DNA of 64,000 bases from Octopus vulgaris (taxonomy: Eukaryota), in assembly GCA_951406725.2 (NCBI GenBank), contig OX597837.1, positions 23,064,001 to 23,128,000 of the forward strand, given 5' to 3'. Under the pieces are notes generated by a model. That model ran no database searches and was not told where the DNA came from. It saw only the letters and a list, made by a program, of their open reading frames with translations. Below are positions 12,710 through 25,260 of this stretch, piece by piece. Within the stretch, counting starts at the first letter, position 1, and the number at the start of each line of letters is the position of its first letter. The position numbers and the translations under genes are program-made.

Positions 12710-13358
12710 AATAATCTTTTCTACTAAAGGCACAAAGCCTAAAATTTTGGGGGAGGAGACTAGTCGATTACATCGACCCCAGGGTTTCACTGGGTTTCAC
12801 TTAATTTATTGACCCCAAAATGATGAAAGGCAAAGTTGACCTTGGTGGAATTCGAACTCAGTGATGGATGAAATGCCACTAAGGATTTCCTCCCGGTGCA
12901 CTAACAATTCTGCCAGCTCACTACTTTACATAGTAATAATAATAATAATAATAATAATGAATTCAAATTTTGGCACAAAGCCAGCAGTTTTGGGGTAGGA
13001 GGTAAGTTGCATAAACTCCAGTGCTTGACTGGTACCTATTTTATCAACCTCAAAAAGATGAAAGCAAAGATGACCCTGATGGTATCTGAACTCAGAATGT
13101 GATGATTCTGCCAGCTTGCTGTCTTAATAAAATCAACAATAATCCTTTCTACTATTGGCTCAAAAGCTGAAAATTCTGGGGAAGGAGCTAGTCGATTTCA
13201 TCAACCCCAGTGCTCAACTGGTACTTAGTTTACTGACTCCAAAAAGATGAAAGGTAAAAATCAACCTTGGCAAAATTTGTACTTTAGAACATGAAGATGG
13301 ATGAAATGCTGCTAAGCATTTTGCTTGGCATACTAACATTTCTGCCATTTCACTACCT
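12710..13358 (-). mobile_element. Array of three SINE B2 copies
   Basis: Three diverged B2 units separated by (AAT)n. Confidence 0.8.
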
Positions 13359-14177
13359 CAATGATAATAATAATCAAAATAATAATAATGATAATAATAA
13401 TAATAATAATAATAATACGGGCATGGCTGTGTGGTTAGGGAGCTTGCTTCCTAGCTATATGGTTTCGGGTTCAGTCCCACTGCGTGGCACTTTGGGTAGG
13501 TGTCTTTCACTATAGCCCCGAGCTGACCGGAGCTTTGTGATTGAATTCGGTAGGTGGAAGTTACTGCCGTGTGTGTATATGTGCGTGTAGGTGCTTGTGC
13601 CTCTCCGAAAGAGAGAGAGGGTTTATAATTTAGGCATAAAGCAAGGAGTTTTAAGGGGAAGGGATTAGTCAATACCATCTGCCCCAGGTACTTTATTTTA
13701 CCAATGCTGAAAGGTAAAGCTGAAGATACTGATACCTGGGTATCAATTTCCTAATCAAATCATAAATTAATAAATCATTAATATATGGTATCACTGATTC
13801 TACCACCAATTAGGCTCAGAAATCAAATGAAGGAAAAATCTGAGGCAATATTCTGGATCAAGTGTAAAAAATAAATGCACATGGAGCAAATAAGGAGTCT
13901 TTCAACAGGAAGTTCTTTCTAAGATGAAGCTAAACTTTCTTTCGCACACAAAAGAGTGTTTATTTCCAGTGTTTGAACCCCAAACAACAGAACTATTTGA
14001 ATTGCAGTTTTATGCTGTTTGTGATTTAGCAATGGCTGTGGATATCTGCACAAGAGGAATTTAATACACTAACTGCCATGTATACCATCAGTGGTTTATT
14101 GCAAAATACACACAAATGCCATATATGTACCACCAGCGATACATTTTCATAATTTGAGAAAAAATATTTTATTCTGT

Positions 14178-14344
14178 AGGTGCAGGAGTGGCTGTGTGGT
14201 AAGTAGTTTGCTTACCAACCACATGGTTCCAGGTTCAGTGCCACTGCGTGGCACCTTGGACAAGGGTCTTCTACTATAACCTCAGGCTGACCAAAGCCTT
14301 GTGAGTGGATTTGGCAGACGGAAACTGAAAAGAAGCCCATCGTA

Positions 14345-14413
<69 letters not shown>

Positions 14414-14624
14414 GTGTATATGTTTATGTGTCTGTGCTTGTCCCTCCAACATTACTTGACAATCGATGCTGGTGTGTTTACATCCCCGTAACTTAGCGGT
14501 TCGGCAAAAGACACCGATAGAATAAGTACTAGGCTTACAAAGAATAAGTCCTGGGGATGATTTCGTGACTAAAGGCAGTGCTCCAGCATGTCCATAGTCA
14601 AATGACTGAAACAAGTAAAAGAGT
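14178..14624 (+). mobile_element. SINE family A (full length)
   Basis: Complete head, (TA)n spacer and tail. Confidence 0.9.
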
Positions 14625-14675
14625 ATCTTTGACACAGTGTCAAAGATACTCTTTTACTTGTTTCAGTCATTTGAC
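14597..14675. repeat. Perfect 79-bp palindrome (39-bp arms, 1-nt centre)
   Basis: GTCAAATGACTGAAACAAGTAAAAGAGTATCTTTGACAC-A-GTGTCAAAGATACTCTTTTACTTGTTTCAGTCATTTGAC. Confidence 0.95.
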
Positions 14676-15016
14676 AAGGATATTTAAATAACATGAGTAC
14701 TAACAAATATTAAATAACATGAGTGCTAAGTATTAACGTTTAATTACAAAATATTGTAAATAATGTAATAGTGCACTGTGCGTAATAACACATGAAATAT
14801 GTGGTGTAACAAGTAAGTTCCAGTAACAGACTGTGGTGGTAAACATGTTAATAGATTAACAATACTTGATTTTTGGCAGAAATCATTGCAAAAAAAAATC
14901 TATCAAAACACAAACTTGATGCAATATAAGGAATCTTCAAACTTGTGATTTGTTCATGCTGAGATCCTTTCTACATGAACAAAGTAAAACTATATATAAA
15001 TATGTATATATATGCT

Positions 15017-15349
15017 GAGACCCCCTTCAGTCATGCCTGACCATGGGATTGCACCTAGAAAGTTACCCTCCCAGGCACAAGTCTGGGCAAGGTTGTTTAT
15101 GGAAGAGCAGCAGTTGCCCATGCATACCGACCTCCCGTCTCCACACCACCAGTGTTATCCAAGGGAAAGGCAAAGGCCGATACAGCTTGGCACCTGTAAT
15201 GTCGCAACTCATTTCTACGGCTGAGTGAACTGGAGCAACGTGAAATAAAGTGTCTTGCTCAAGAACACAACATGCAGCCCGGTCCGGGATTTGAACCCAC
15301 AACCTCACGATCGTAAGCTCGACGCTCTAACCACTGAGCCATGCACCTT

Positions 15350-15352
<3 letters not shown>
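15017..15352 (-). mobile_element. tRNA-derived SINE, family D
   Basis: Head GTGAAGGTGCATGGCTCAGTGGTTAGAGCG...GGTTCAAATCCC has good A and B boxes, followed by TGTGTTCTTGAGCAAGACAC. A second copy lies at 22177-22510. Confidence 0.9.
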
Positions 15353-15381
<29 letters not shown>

Positions 15382-16764
15382 CATATATATACACCTATAT
15401 ATGTTGTTGTTGTATACATTTCAGATAATTAGTACTATTTCTTTATGTAGCTGATGTTGTATGGTAGCTGGAATGGGTAATGCCTTGCCAAACAAGCGGA
15501 TGTGGAAATGCATGAATATCAATAATCCTCTCTTGTTTTGCTATAAATATCATAGAACTGGTGTATGCGAGTGTGTATGTAAAGAATTCTTAATATTCTG
15601 AATATATTATCAATAAAATTCTCACACAGTTGTTGGTTATTGAATAAAGAGACGAAAGTGACCTTGGAATTTCAAGTGAAGGACAATGTTGAGAAGTTGA
15701 GAGATCTGATATTGAAGATAGCAGAATATTATCATAAATATAAATATAATTACAATGACATATAAATTCAACAGTGGAAATTCTTCTCTTGAGAAAAGAT
15801 GCTACTGTAAATATAATTCCTCATTGTTATAACTAATGAATAAGGCAAGGAAATATATTTGAATATTAGAATTTTCCAATGCAAATGCTTTTTGTTTTCT
15901 CTTCTAGACATACAGCAAAATCATTCTAAATTTAGCATGTTAGTAATAAACATTATCATTATTATTATTATTATTTAAATGTTGAATCTGTAATTTAATA
16001 ATGCATATTACATGTTCATTCCAGAATTTTATTATGTCCTGAAGTCAGGATGAAAAAAAAAAAAATTCAGCAAAAAAAAAAAAAAAAAATCAAAGAAGGC
16101 ACCCTAATACTGAATATAAATAAAGTTTGTGGCTAACAGAGAATATTCTAATTCCAGTAGTAAGCAGATTTTAGTAGATGTAAAATAATCTTCCAATATC
16201 AAAAGTGTTTTTTTATCCCTTGACCTAGTGAAACAGATGTGCTGAGGCATCAGTTCTGACATGATCATTAGCTATTGATCTCTCTCTCTCTCTCACACAC
16301 ACACACATATTGCAATGGTTGGATACAGCTACTACTGCTACTAATATAGGCAGCTATTGAAAAACAACTGCAGATAGGAGATTGACAAAAACAAAAAAAT
16401 CACTCAATGCAGTGATTGCAATTTCTTCTTTCTGTCTTTTCTGTGGAAGGGGTGGAGAGTTGGATATTATTATAATAATAATAATCATTATTATAATAAT
16501 AATAATAATAATAATTATTATTATTATTATTGAGAGTTTGAATAGTTAATTTCTAAACGTCCAAAAGATACATGAAGCTAAGCTGGGGAAAAAAAAAATG
16601 AGTAGCGAGATTAAACCAGGAGAAAAATGAAAGAGAGACAACGTAAGAAAAAAAAAAATAAAGAAAAAATTGATTCCTACATATTTCAATCAATATATTT
16701 TTGAAATTTATTAATGTATGACCATGTAGGAGAAAAAGTAAGTTTTAATTGTATACACACATAA

Positions 16765-16820
<56 letters not shown>

Positions 16821-16822
<2 letters not shown>

Positions 16823-17095
16823 CCTTCGAAACGTAGAGTAGGTGAAAGCTTTAGCGACATAAGAAGGGGTTTTTCCTTGTGTTAATTGTCCTGTATTCTA
16901 TTTTTTTTTTGCTGTTTTTAAATAAATGTCCAGTTCCTTTGGTTTGTGTCTATGTTTTCGTTTCTCATTGTGTTCGACGTCCTTTTTGGTGTCCTGTACT
17001 CATATATGCGTGTATATGTACATGTAGAGGTAGGTACGTACATATATGTTTATATATATGCATATGTTTTATTTTATTTATTAATATATATATAT
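16821..17095 (+). mobile_element. (TA)n-embedded short element beginning with the 3' half of a hammerhead-like motif
   Basis: Starts CCTTC-GAAA-CG-TA-GAGTA directly after (TA)n, retains CpGs and ends in (TA)n. Confidence 0.5.
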
Positions 17096-17393
17096 ATAGC
17101 TTTGTTTATTGAAAAACAAATATAGAGGTGCTGCTATTTAGCTGATGGAGAAAAAGCAATGCTTATTTTATTGAACTATAACATTTTATTTCTAGAATTC
17201 TTTTACTAGTTTCAGTCTGTGGCCATGCTGGGGTACTATGAACAAAAGTTTGGTTAATTCCACCACCCTCACCTAGCACTTTTTTTCAGCTTGGTCTGTA
17301 TTCTGTTGACCCCCCATTTATTGGACCACCAAACTATGGGAACATAATCAGACAACATAAGCAATACCAGTGATTACACTGGTATAGACTCTT

Positions 17394-17426
<33 letters not shown>

Positions 17427-18268
17427 AACAGGTTTCCACACAGTTTCAGTCTTCCAAATTCCAGTCATAGGGTATTAGAAATCTCAAGGTTACAACAAAG
17501 GCATCTGTCTAGCGTGCTACACAGTGGAACTGAACACAAAATGTCCATGTTTGCAAATTGAACTTCTTAACCAAACAGCCAGCTATGCACAACTTTGGTT
17601 TACTGGCAAAATATAAAACTAAGCGAGATAAAATAACATTACAAGTGGAAGCTGAAAATCTCCCAAATCAAATTACCTTTCACTCAATATATATCTTTCA
17701 TGTCGTATTAAAGATATGAAACATTTTCATATTTACCCAATCTGATTTGCTTTAATAATTTGACAGAGCAAAATTAATATTATCACTGCAACCAAAATAA
17801 CATTATCACAGCAGCTATTCCTCTCCTTCTCCACATAGACAAAATAGATTTTGGTATAGCTGTAAAGTTGTAAATATCGATAAAATTTTCCATCCAAGAT
17901 TAAATCTAATTAGCATAGGAATGAGAGTCCTTGTTTGATAAGATAATTAAGACTATCATTAAGAGGAGGAAAACAGCAATTATATACATTAGTGTTGGAA
18001 ACTAATAAGGTCAGGACTGTTTGAAACAGCAGGCACATTGGCACTGCTTATGATGACTGTACATTCCATTTGTTAAAAGGGAACATAGTTCTTGCTACCA
18101 TTAGCATCTCTTTACATTCTGTATTTCTGCATCATTAATTATGATATAAATATTTGATGATGTAATCTAGTTCACTCAAATTTAGATATTTCTAAATCAT
18201 CATGGCAAATTTCACTGATGCTGTTCTTTAGCATCAGGTAAGTTCTAATCCAGCAGATCCAAAATTAA

Positions 18269-18483
18269 CTCTTTTGCATTTAAACCAACCATATCTGGCC
18301 AAAGATTTTCTATCTGTTTTATGTTCGAATTAACCAGGTCCTGCCTCTTACACATATCTTTCAACGTTGTTCTAAAAATCACTTCATTGAAATTTCAAAG
18401 CTACAAGATGATGCATGATTGATTTAAAACGATGTGAATAAATAGGCATTACCTTTGACAGAATAATCAAAATGTTAAAAAGG
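18269..18483. mobile_element. TTAA-flanked piggyBac-like MITE
   Basis: TTAA|CTCTTTTGCATT...AATGTTAAAAAGG|TTAA. Homologous to 61720-61939 and 60870-61488, with fragments near 27800-27953, 37100-37208, 48520-48576 and 63390-63521. Confidence 0.7.
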
Positions 18484-18493
18484 TTAAACAATA

Positions 18494-18861
18494 CTAGCAC
18501 TATGACCTGGCAACGCTGGGTCATAGTGCTAGTGCATGCATATACAGCTGTGTGCATGCGCACATACATGCGAGTACTATCCAAATCTCTGACCAATCAC
18601 ACACAGCTAGCTGGCATTCAATTGGCGTATCAAGTTTTGGGCATTTTAATTGGGTAGAAAATTCGCAAAAAGTCACTTCTATTGATTTTTTAATGGCTTT
18701 GCGGGGTGACTGGGGAAATGTAAAGATGTGCACGACCACCCTTGGATGGTTTTGAATGACCATAGAAAGTGTGAGCTCTCTAACTGAAAAATTGTGGATT
18801 TGTATAAAGTATACACACATACACAGACAGACACTTTGCCGTTTACATATATATAGAGAGA
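18494..18861 (-). mobile_element. Non-autonomous Helitron-like element
   Basis: Minus strand starts TC(TC)TATATAT and ends ...GC-rich hairpin...GTGCTAG|T, the same architecture as 41028-41417. Confidence 0.65.
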
Positions 18862-18959
18862 TTACACCAAGCTAAGTAAAAGCGTGGCTATTCTTGCATA
18901 CAGGCTTGTTCCCAGCATCCCTCTCTAGCTGAGCATTCTTAATGTTTATGGCCTGTGAG

Positions 18960-19172
18960 TGCTGGTGCCACATAAAATGTACCCATGCCGGAGCTGTGTA
19001 AAAGCATCCAGTACACTCTGTGAAGTGGTTGGCATTAGGAAGGGCATCAGGCTGTAGAAACCATGCCAAAATGGACATGGAACCCAGACAGCTCTTCAGC
19101 TGGGCAGCACCTGTCAAACCGTTCAACCCATGCCAGCATGGAAAACAGATGTTAAATGAAGATGATGATGAT
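18960..19172 (+). mobile_element. SINE family C (RTE-related, (ATG)n tail)
   Basis: GGTTGGCATTAGGAAGGGCATC motif, then CCCATGCCAGCATGGAAAAC and GATGATGATG. Confidence 0.8.
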
Positions 19173-19742
19173 GTGTAATTCTTCTGTCAAGACAGTTGTG
19201 TTTTGGGGGTTTCTTTTTCCTAGCAGATTGGACAATCTTGTAGAAACTTTCTCATTGGAGCAGCTAGTGCAACAACAGGACTTTGCCTTTCATCCTTTTG
19301 GAGTCAATGAAATAAAAAAAAAGGACCAGCTGAACATTAGGGTTGATGTAATTGACTTGCCCCTACTCCCATGAAATTGCTGGCCTTGTTCTAAAATATG
19401 AAACTATTACTACATGATTATGGATAGTGCAGCACAACAGCTAATGAGTTAAGATTTTAGAACTGAGGCCACTAGAAAATTGGTTGTGTACTGGTACAGT
19501 GGTATACAAGCATCATCACAAATAAGCGAGTAAAAAAAAAAAGAGGATATTTTTGAAATGGATAATAAAATGCTATCAATCAACCCCAGTGAATTTAATA
19601 AAGGCTTCAATTTGAAATTCTGAGGATGTTATTGAATACAACAAGCACCTGAAGAAGCCTGCAGAAAAGAAGATTAAAAAAATCACTGTGACTGTTACGA
19701 TCAAGCTGAGGATACTAGTCTGGATATAGTGTGTATAACTTC

Positions 19743-19980
19743 TTATTTCTTTAGTGCCCACAAGGGGCTAAACATAGGGGGGGGGGACAAAGAAGGACAG
19801 ACAAAGGGATTAAGTCGATTACAGCGACCCCAGTGCATAACTGGTACTTAATTTATCGACCCTGAAAGAATGAAAGGCAAAGTCGACCTCGGCGGAATTT
19901 GAACTCAGAACGTAACGGCAGACAAAATACTGCAAAGCATTTCGCCCGGCATGCTAACATTTCCGCCAGCTTGCTGCCTT
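19743..19980 (-). mobile_element. SINE family B (young copy)
   Basis: Full unit with CpGs retained. Confidence 0.9.
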
Positions 19981-20164
19981 TTTGACGAGTAAACTGTATT
20001 AAAAAATAAATAAATAAATAAAATAAAATAAATTTTAATATAAATAAAAAAAAATGTGTATAACTTCTTAGCACATAGGATTCTCAATTAAAATGTGGTT
20101 TATCATCAAGTATAATTGCAAATAATACAGTTACTCACTACTTTATTTTTAACAATGTTATTTT

Positions 20165-20533
20165 AGGTGCAGGCATAGATGTGTGGTAAGAAATTTGCTT
20201 CCTGGCCACAGAGTTTCAGGTTCAATCCTACTGTATGGCTTGGGTAAATGTCTTCTACTGTAGTCTCAGGCCAACTAAAGTCTTGAGGGTGGATTTGGTA
20301 GATGGGAAGTGAAAGAAGCCCATTGAGTGTGTGTGTGTGTGTGTGAGTGACAAACACAGACACACATACACAGTTATGTCCCCGTGACTTTGTGGATCAG
20401 CAAAAAAAAAAAAAAGGGAGAATAAATACTAGACTATAGCAGAAGAGACTTGCCCAAGGTGCCACAGTAGGACTGAACCTGGAACCACATGGTTGGTAAT
20501 CAAACTTCTTACCACACAGCCATACCTGCACCT
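20165..20533. mobile_element. Inverted pair of SINE A fragments
   Basis: A + strand head at 20165 and a - strand head ending at 20533. Confidence 0.75.
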
Positions 20534-21199
20534 ATATGCATGGTTAATTCAACACAATAAATAAACAAACATTGCATTCAACAGAATAATTCTGAATGGT
20601 AAGTAGTCAAAGAAGAGCACCTGCCTAAGACTGTCAGAACTCAATTTCACTGCAACTACAGGTAAATGGACTTATTTTATAAACTTTACAAATTGCTCAC
20701 TGAACTACTGAAGAAAATGAAGATATCAATGAATAGGGAAATATAGACTACAAACAACAAGATTATAGGAGATAAAATTAAATGTGACAGTTGGTGAGTA
20801 GCTAGGTGGAGGAAGTGGAGGGAAGGTTTCAAGTCTGTTAAGAGTAGAAAAAATAGGTTATGTGTTTTTTGATTTGTTACCTTTTCTATTGGTTTTTTTT
20901 TTTAAACTACTATTAACAAAGGTTAAGAGGCTAACTGAATAATTATCTCTAACAACAGATCATGGTGGAGTTGATTTATCTTGAACAATGGAATTGCTAT
21001 TATCTTCATATATGAGAGGGAAAGAAAAAAAACAAGAAACTCTAATTGTTGTACATGCAAGTGCTAATTAACAAGAAAGTAGTTAAAACTCAGCAAATTT
21101 GAAACTGGAATATTTCAACAATGTCACTGAAACTTTACTAATTATTCTGAGAGATAAAACAGAAGTTTTCTCCACCATGGGCCAGACTACAGATGCTAA

Positions 21200-21595
21200 C
21201 ATGGCTGTGTGTTAAGAGGTTTGCATTCCATCTGCATAGTTTGGGGTTTGATCCCACTGCAAGGCACCTTGGAGAAGTGCCTACTACTATAACTCCAGAT
21301 TGACCAAAGTCTTGTGAGTGGATTCGGAAGATGGAAACTGAAAGAAGCCCATTGGATATATATGTATATGTATGTAAGTGTGTGTGTATGTGGCCTTGTA
21401 TTTGTCCCCCACTACCACTTGACAACTGGTGGAGGTTTGTTTACATCCTCATATCTTAGTGGTGCAGCAAAAGAGACTGATAAAATAGGTACCAGATTTA
21501 AAGATAAATGCTGGGGTCAATTTTTCAACGAAACTCTTCAAGGAGGGGGCCCCAGCATGGCCACAGTCCAATGAATGAAACAAGGAAAAAGATAA
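21200..21595 (+). mobile_element. SINE family A (diverged)
   Basis: Head, spacer and tail recognisable. Confidence 0.8.
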
Positions 21596-21749
21596 GATTA
21601 TGTTCATGTACCTCCTACATTGATTCGCACCCACCACAACCTCCCACACACATCAAAATTTTATCAATAAGTGGTAAATCTATTAACAAACAAAGTCAAC
21701 ATAGGTGGCTTATGAGTTCACTCATTCACTCTCCTGCTTTGAAGCTAGT

Positions 21750-22075
21750 GAGTTAAGTTAAGTTAAGTTAATTTTTTGGCTCAAAAAGCAAGGCCATGTA
21801 GGGGGACATGGAGTTATGTACAGAGAGGGTGTTCATGCAAAGAGTTCAGGCCAATTTCTGGTCAAGAGGGACTTTGAACCTAGCGGTTGTCGGCATCTTC
21901 ACTATCTCATCCGGCAGCTTATTCCACGGATCCGCAACCCGGATGGAGAAAGCCCCTCTCCTTCGATTGAGATGAAATCGTTGCAGATAGAGCTTTTCGG
22001 AGTGACCCCGCAGCCGACGCTCTGGAGCAAGAGCGAAGAACAGCTCTTTCGAGAAGTTACACTTTCCGCTTATGA
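21750..22075 (-). mobile_element. CR1-clade LINE 3' end
   Basis: Minus strand translates FFALAPERRLRGHSEKLYLQRFHLNRRRGAFSIRVADPWNKLPDEIV...FK..LD (RGH and WNxLP motifs), with a short UTR and a (TAACT)n tail. Confidence 0.85.
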
Positions 22076-22176
22076 GAGAGTCTCTACATAATCACCTGAA
22101 GTGAAGAAGAAATAGCAGCCAGATTTCCCTCAAAGCACATTGGACAATGTAGTAGTCAATAAAGGGTAATGGATAA

Positions 22177-22510
22177 AGACCCCCTTTGGTCATGAATGAC
22201 CTTAGGATTGCATCTGGAAAGTTCCCCTCTGAGATACAAGTCTGGGCAAGGTTGTTCATGGAAGACCAGCAATTTCCCATGCATACCAGCCTCTCTTCTC
22301 CATGCCACCAATGTTATCCAAGGGAAAGGCAAAGGTCGATATAGCTTGGCACCAGTGATGTTGCAACTCATTTCTACAGCTGAGTGAACTGGAGCAAAGT
22401 AAAAAAAGGATCTTGCTCAAAAACATGACATAAAGCCCAGTCTGGGAATCAAACTAACTACCACATAGCTGTAAGCCCAACACTCTAACCTCTGAGCCAT
22501 GTGCCTTCAC
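22177..22510 (-). mobile_element. SINE family D
   Basis: Colinear with 15017-15352. Confidence 0.85.
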
Positions 22511-22715
22511 ACTATGTATTAATGACTACATAGGCACATGGCTTAGTGGTTAGGAAATTGGGCTCATGATTGTAAGATTATAGTTTCAAATTGTGGATGG
22601 GCAATGCTTTATTCCACATTACTCCTGTACACTCAGCTGGTAAAAATAAGTAATCCTACAATGGACTGGCATCCAATCCAGGGATGAATATATATATATA
22701 TACTTTTTAACAAAA

Positions 22716-22753
22716 CTGTCCAATGAACGGGAACATGAAACTCCGAGTAACAG
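22716..22753 (+). ncRNA. Degenerate type-I hammerhead-like motif in a (TA)n-flanked element (about 22702-22860)
   Basis: CTGT-CCAATGA-ACG(GGAA)CAT-GAAA-CTCCGAG-TA-ACAG. Stems I and III pair, while the core and stem II are damaged. Confidence 0.5.
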
Positions 22754-22856
22754 CTTTTGTTGAATTTCTGCTGCTTTTAAATAAAGCATATTACTCTACC
22801 TCTGGTATTTGAGTACTCTTTTTTCCACCTTGTTTCACATTTATGTGTTTACTCCA

Positions 22857-22909
<53 letters not shown>

Positions 22910-23035
22910 TTCAGCAAAAATTTAGATTCAAATGAATATGGTACTTGATTTAGATGCACCAGAATTCTGTATGGTGTTATCCATAAAAATCCATGGGGTG
23001 ATTATAATCAAAATAAGCAACAAGAATGACTCCAG

Positions 23036-23098
<63 letters not shown>

Positions 23099-23246
23099 TA
23101 GAGAAACCGAAAGACCAGCCCAATGCTCCTTACAGAGTAATGAGGACTAACCAATACACTATTTATGAAATAAAAATGAAAATAATAATACAAGGTCCTG
23201 TCAGTTAAGAGCTGACCTGAGACACAACAGACTGTAGTATACTTGA

Positions 23247-23454
23247 CCCCTTGCAGAGGGGAAGTGGTACTGACAGCATCGAAACACTGTGTGTATGAGT
23301 AGTGCAATGTCTCACTCTGTGAAGCATTGTTATTTTCAAATATACCACAGTGAAAACATTGAAAAATTCTTTGTATGAAAAATTATGTAGTTACTGAATG
23401 GCCCAATACCAGTACACAATACAGACTATCTGTACTAAATCTGTCTGCAAGGGG
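23247..23454. mobile_element. piggyBac-like MITE
   Basis: TTGA|CCCCTTGCAGA...TCTGCAAGGGG|TTAA terminal inverted repeats. Confidence 0.75.
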
Positions 23455-23685
23455 TTAAAATGAGATATAAAAAGTTTTAAGTTCTGAGTTTATGTACAGC
23501 ATGTATTACAATAATGATAGAAAGAGCATAAGAAGAAGATCTGAGTCGATGCTTTATTCAAGTGATTACCATCATGATTTTATGTGTACACATACACACA
23601 CACACACATATATATTCTTTATTTTACCTCACCTTACAGTAAGGTGTGCAGCCATGTAAACCACCCAGTCAAATGGTGTGTGTGC

Positions 23686-24663
<978 letters not shown>

Positions 24664-24971
24664 TGTATTTTCATCCATTTAAAATACAAGATTTGTATCT
24701 AGTTAGAAATTTCAGATGCAACAATTATATCTGACTTTACCTTTGGTATTTCATTAATTATAATGACTAAGAGTAATATTTATGCAATTCAGATTTCCGA
24801 AGATATATAACACTGTGTGACACAATTTTTGTCCTTGGGTAGCAACTGTTATTTCCTATTTGCTTACCCCTAGAAAGTATGAAAAATGGCTAATATTTCC
24901 TTCAAACTTTGCTTTTCTTACATTTATTCAACCCCCAAATGTCTCTCTCAATACATGGCTATGATGCTCCC

Positions 24972-25260
24972 GTGGAGGCACAATGGCCCAGTGGTTAGGG
25001 CAGCGGACTCGCGGTCATAGGATCGCGGTTTTGATTCCCAGACCGGGCGTTGTGAGTGTTTATTGAGCGAAAACACCTAAAGCTCCACGAGGCTCCGGCA
25101 GAGGATGGTGGTGATCCCTGCTGTACTCTTTCACCACAACTTTCTCTCACTCTTACTTCCTGTTTCTGTTGTACCTGTATTTCAAAGGGCCGGCCTTGTC
25201 ACTCTCTGTGTCACGCTGAAAATCCCCGAGAACTACGTTAAGGGTACACGTGTCTGTGGA
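24972..25260 (+). mobile_element. tRNA-derived SINE, family E (3'-truncated)
   Basis: TGGCCCAGTGGTTAGGGCAGCGGACT...GGTTTTGATTCCC head. Its 3' part matches 31880-31960. Confidence 0.75.

Noticed and set aside
15275-15352. tRNA gene
   Set aside because: The A and B boxes are good, but there is no closing acceptor stem and the sequence continues into a repeated SINE body. The same holds for the heads at 22510, 24972 and 31545.
19645-19675. Other CTGANGA...GAAA occurrences (also near 7038, 36718, 57012)
   Set aside because: No stem I or stem II pairing around the core, so these are chance matches.
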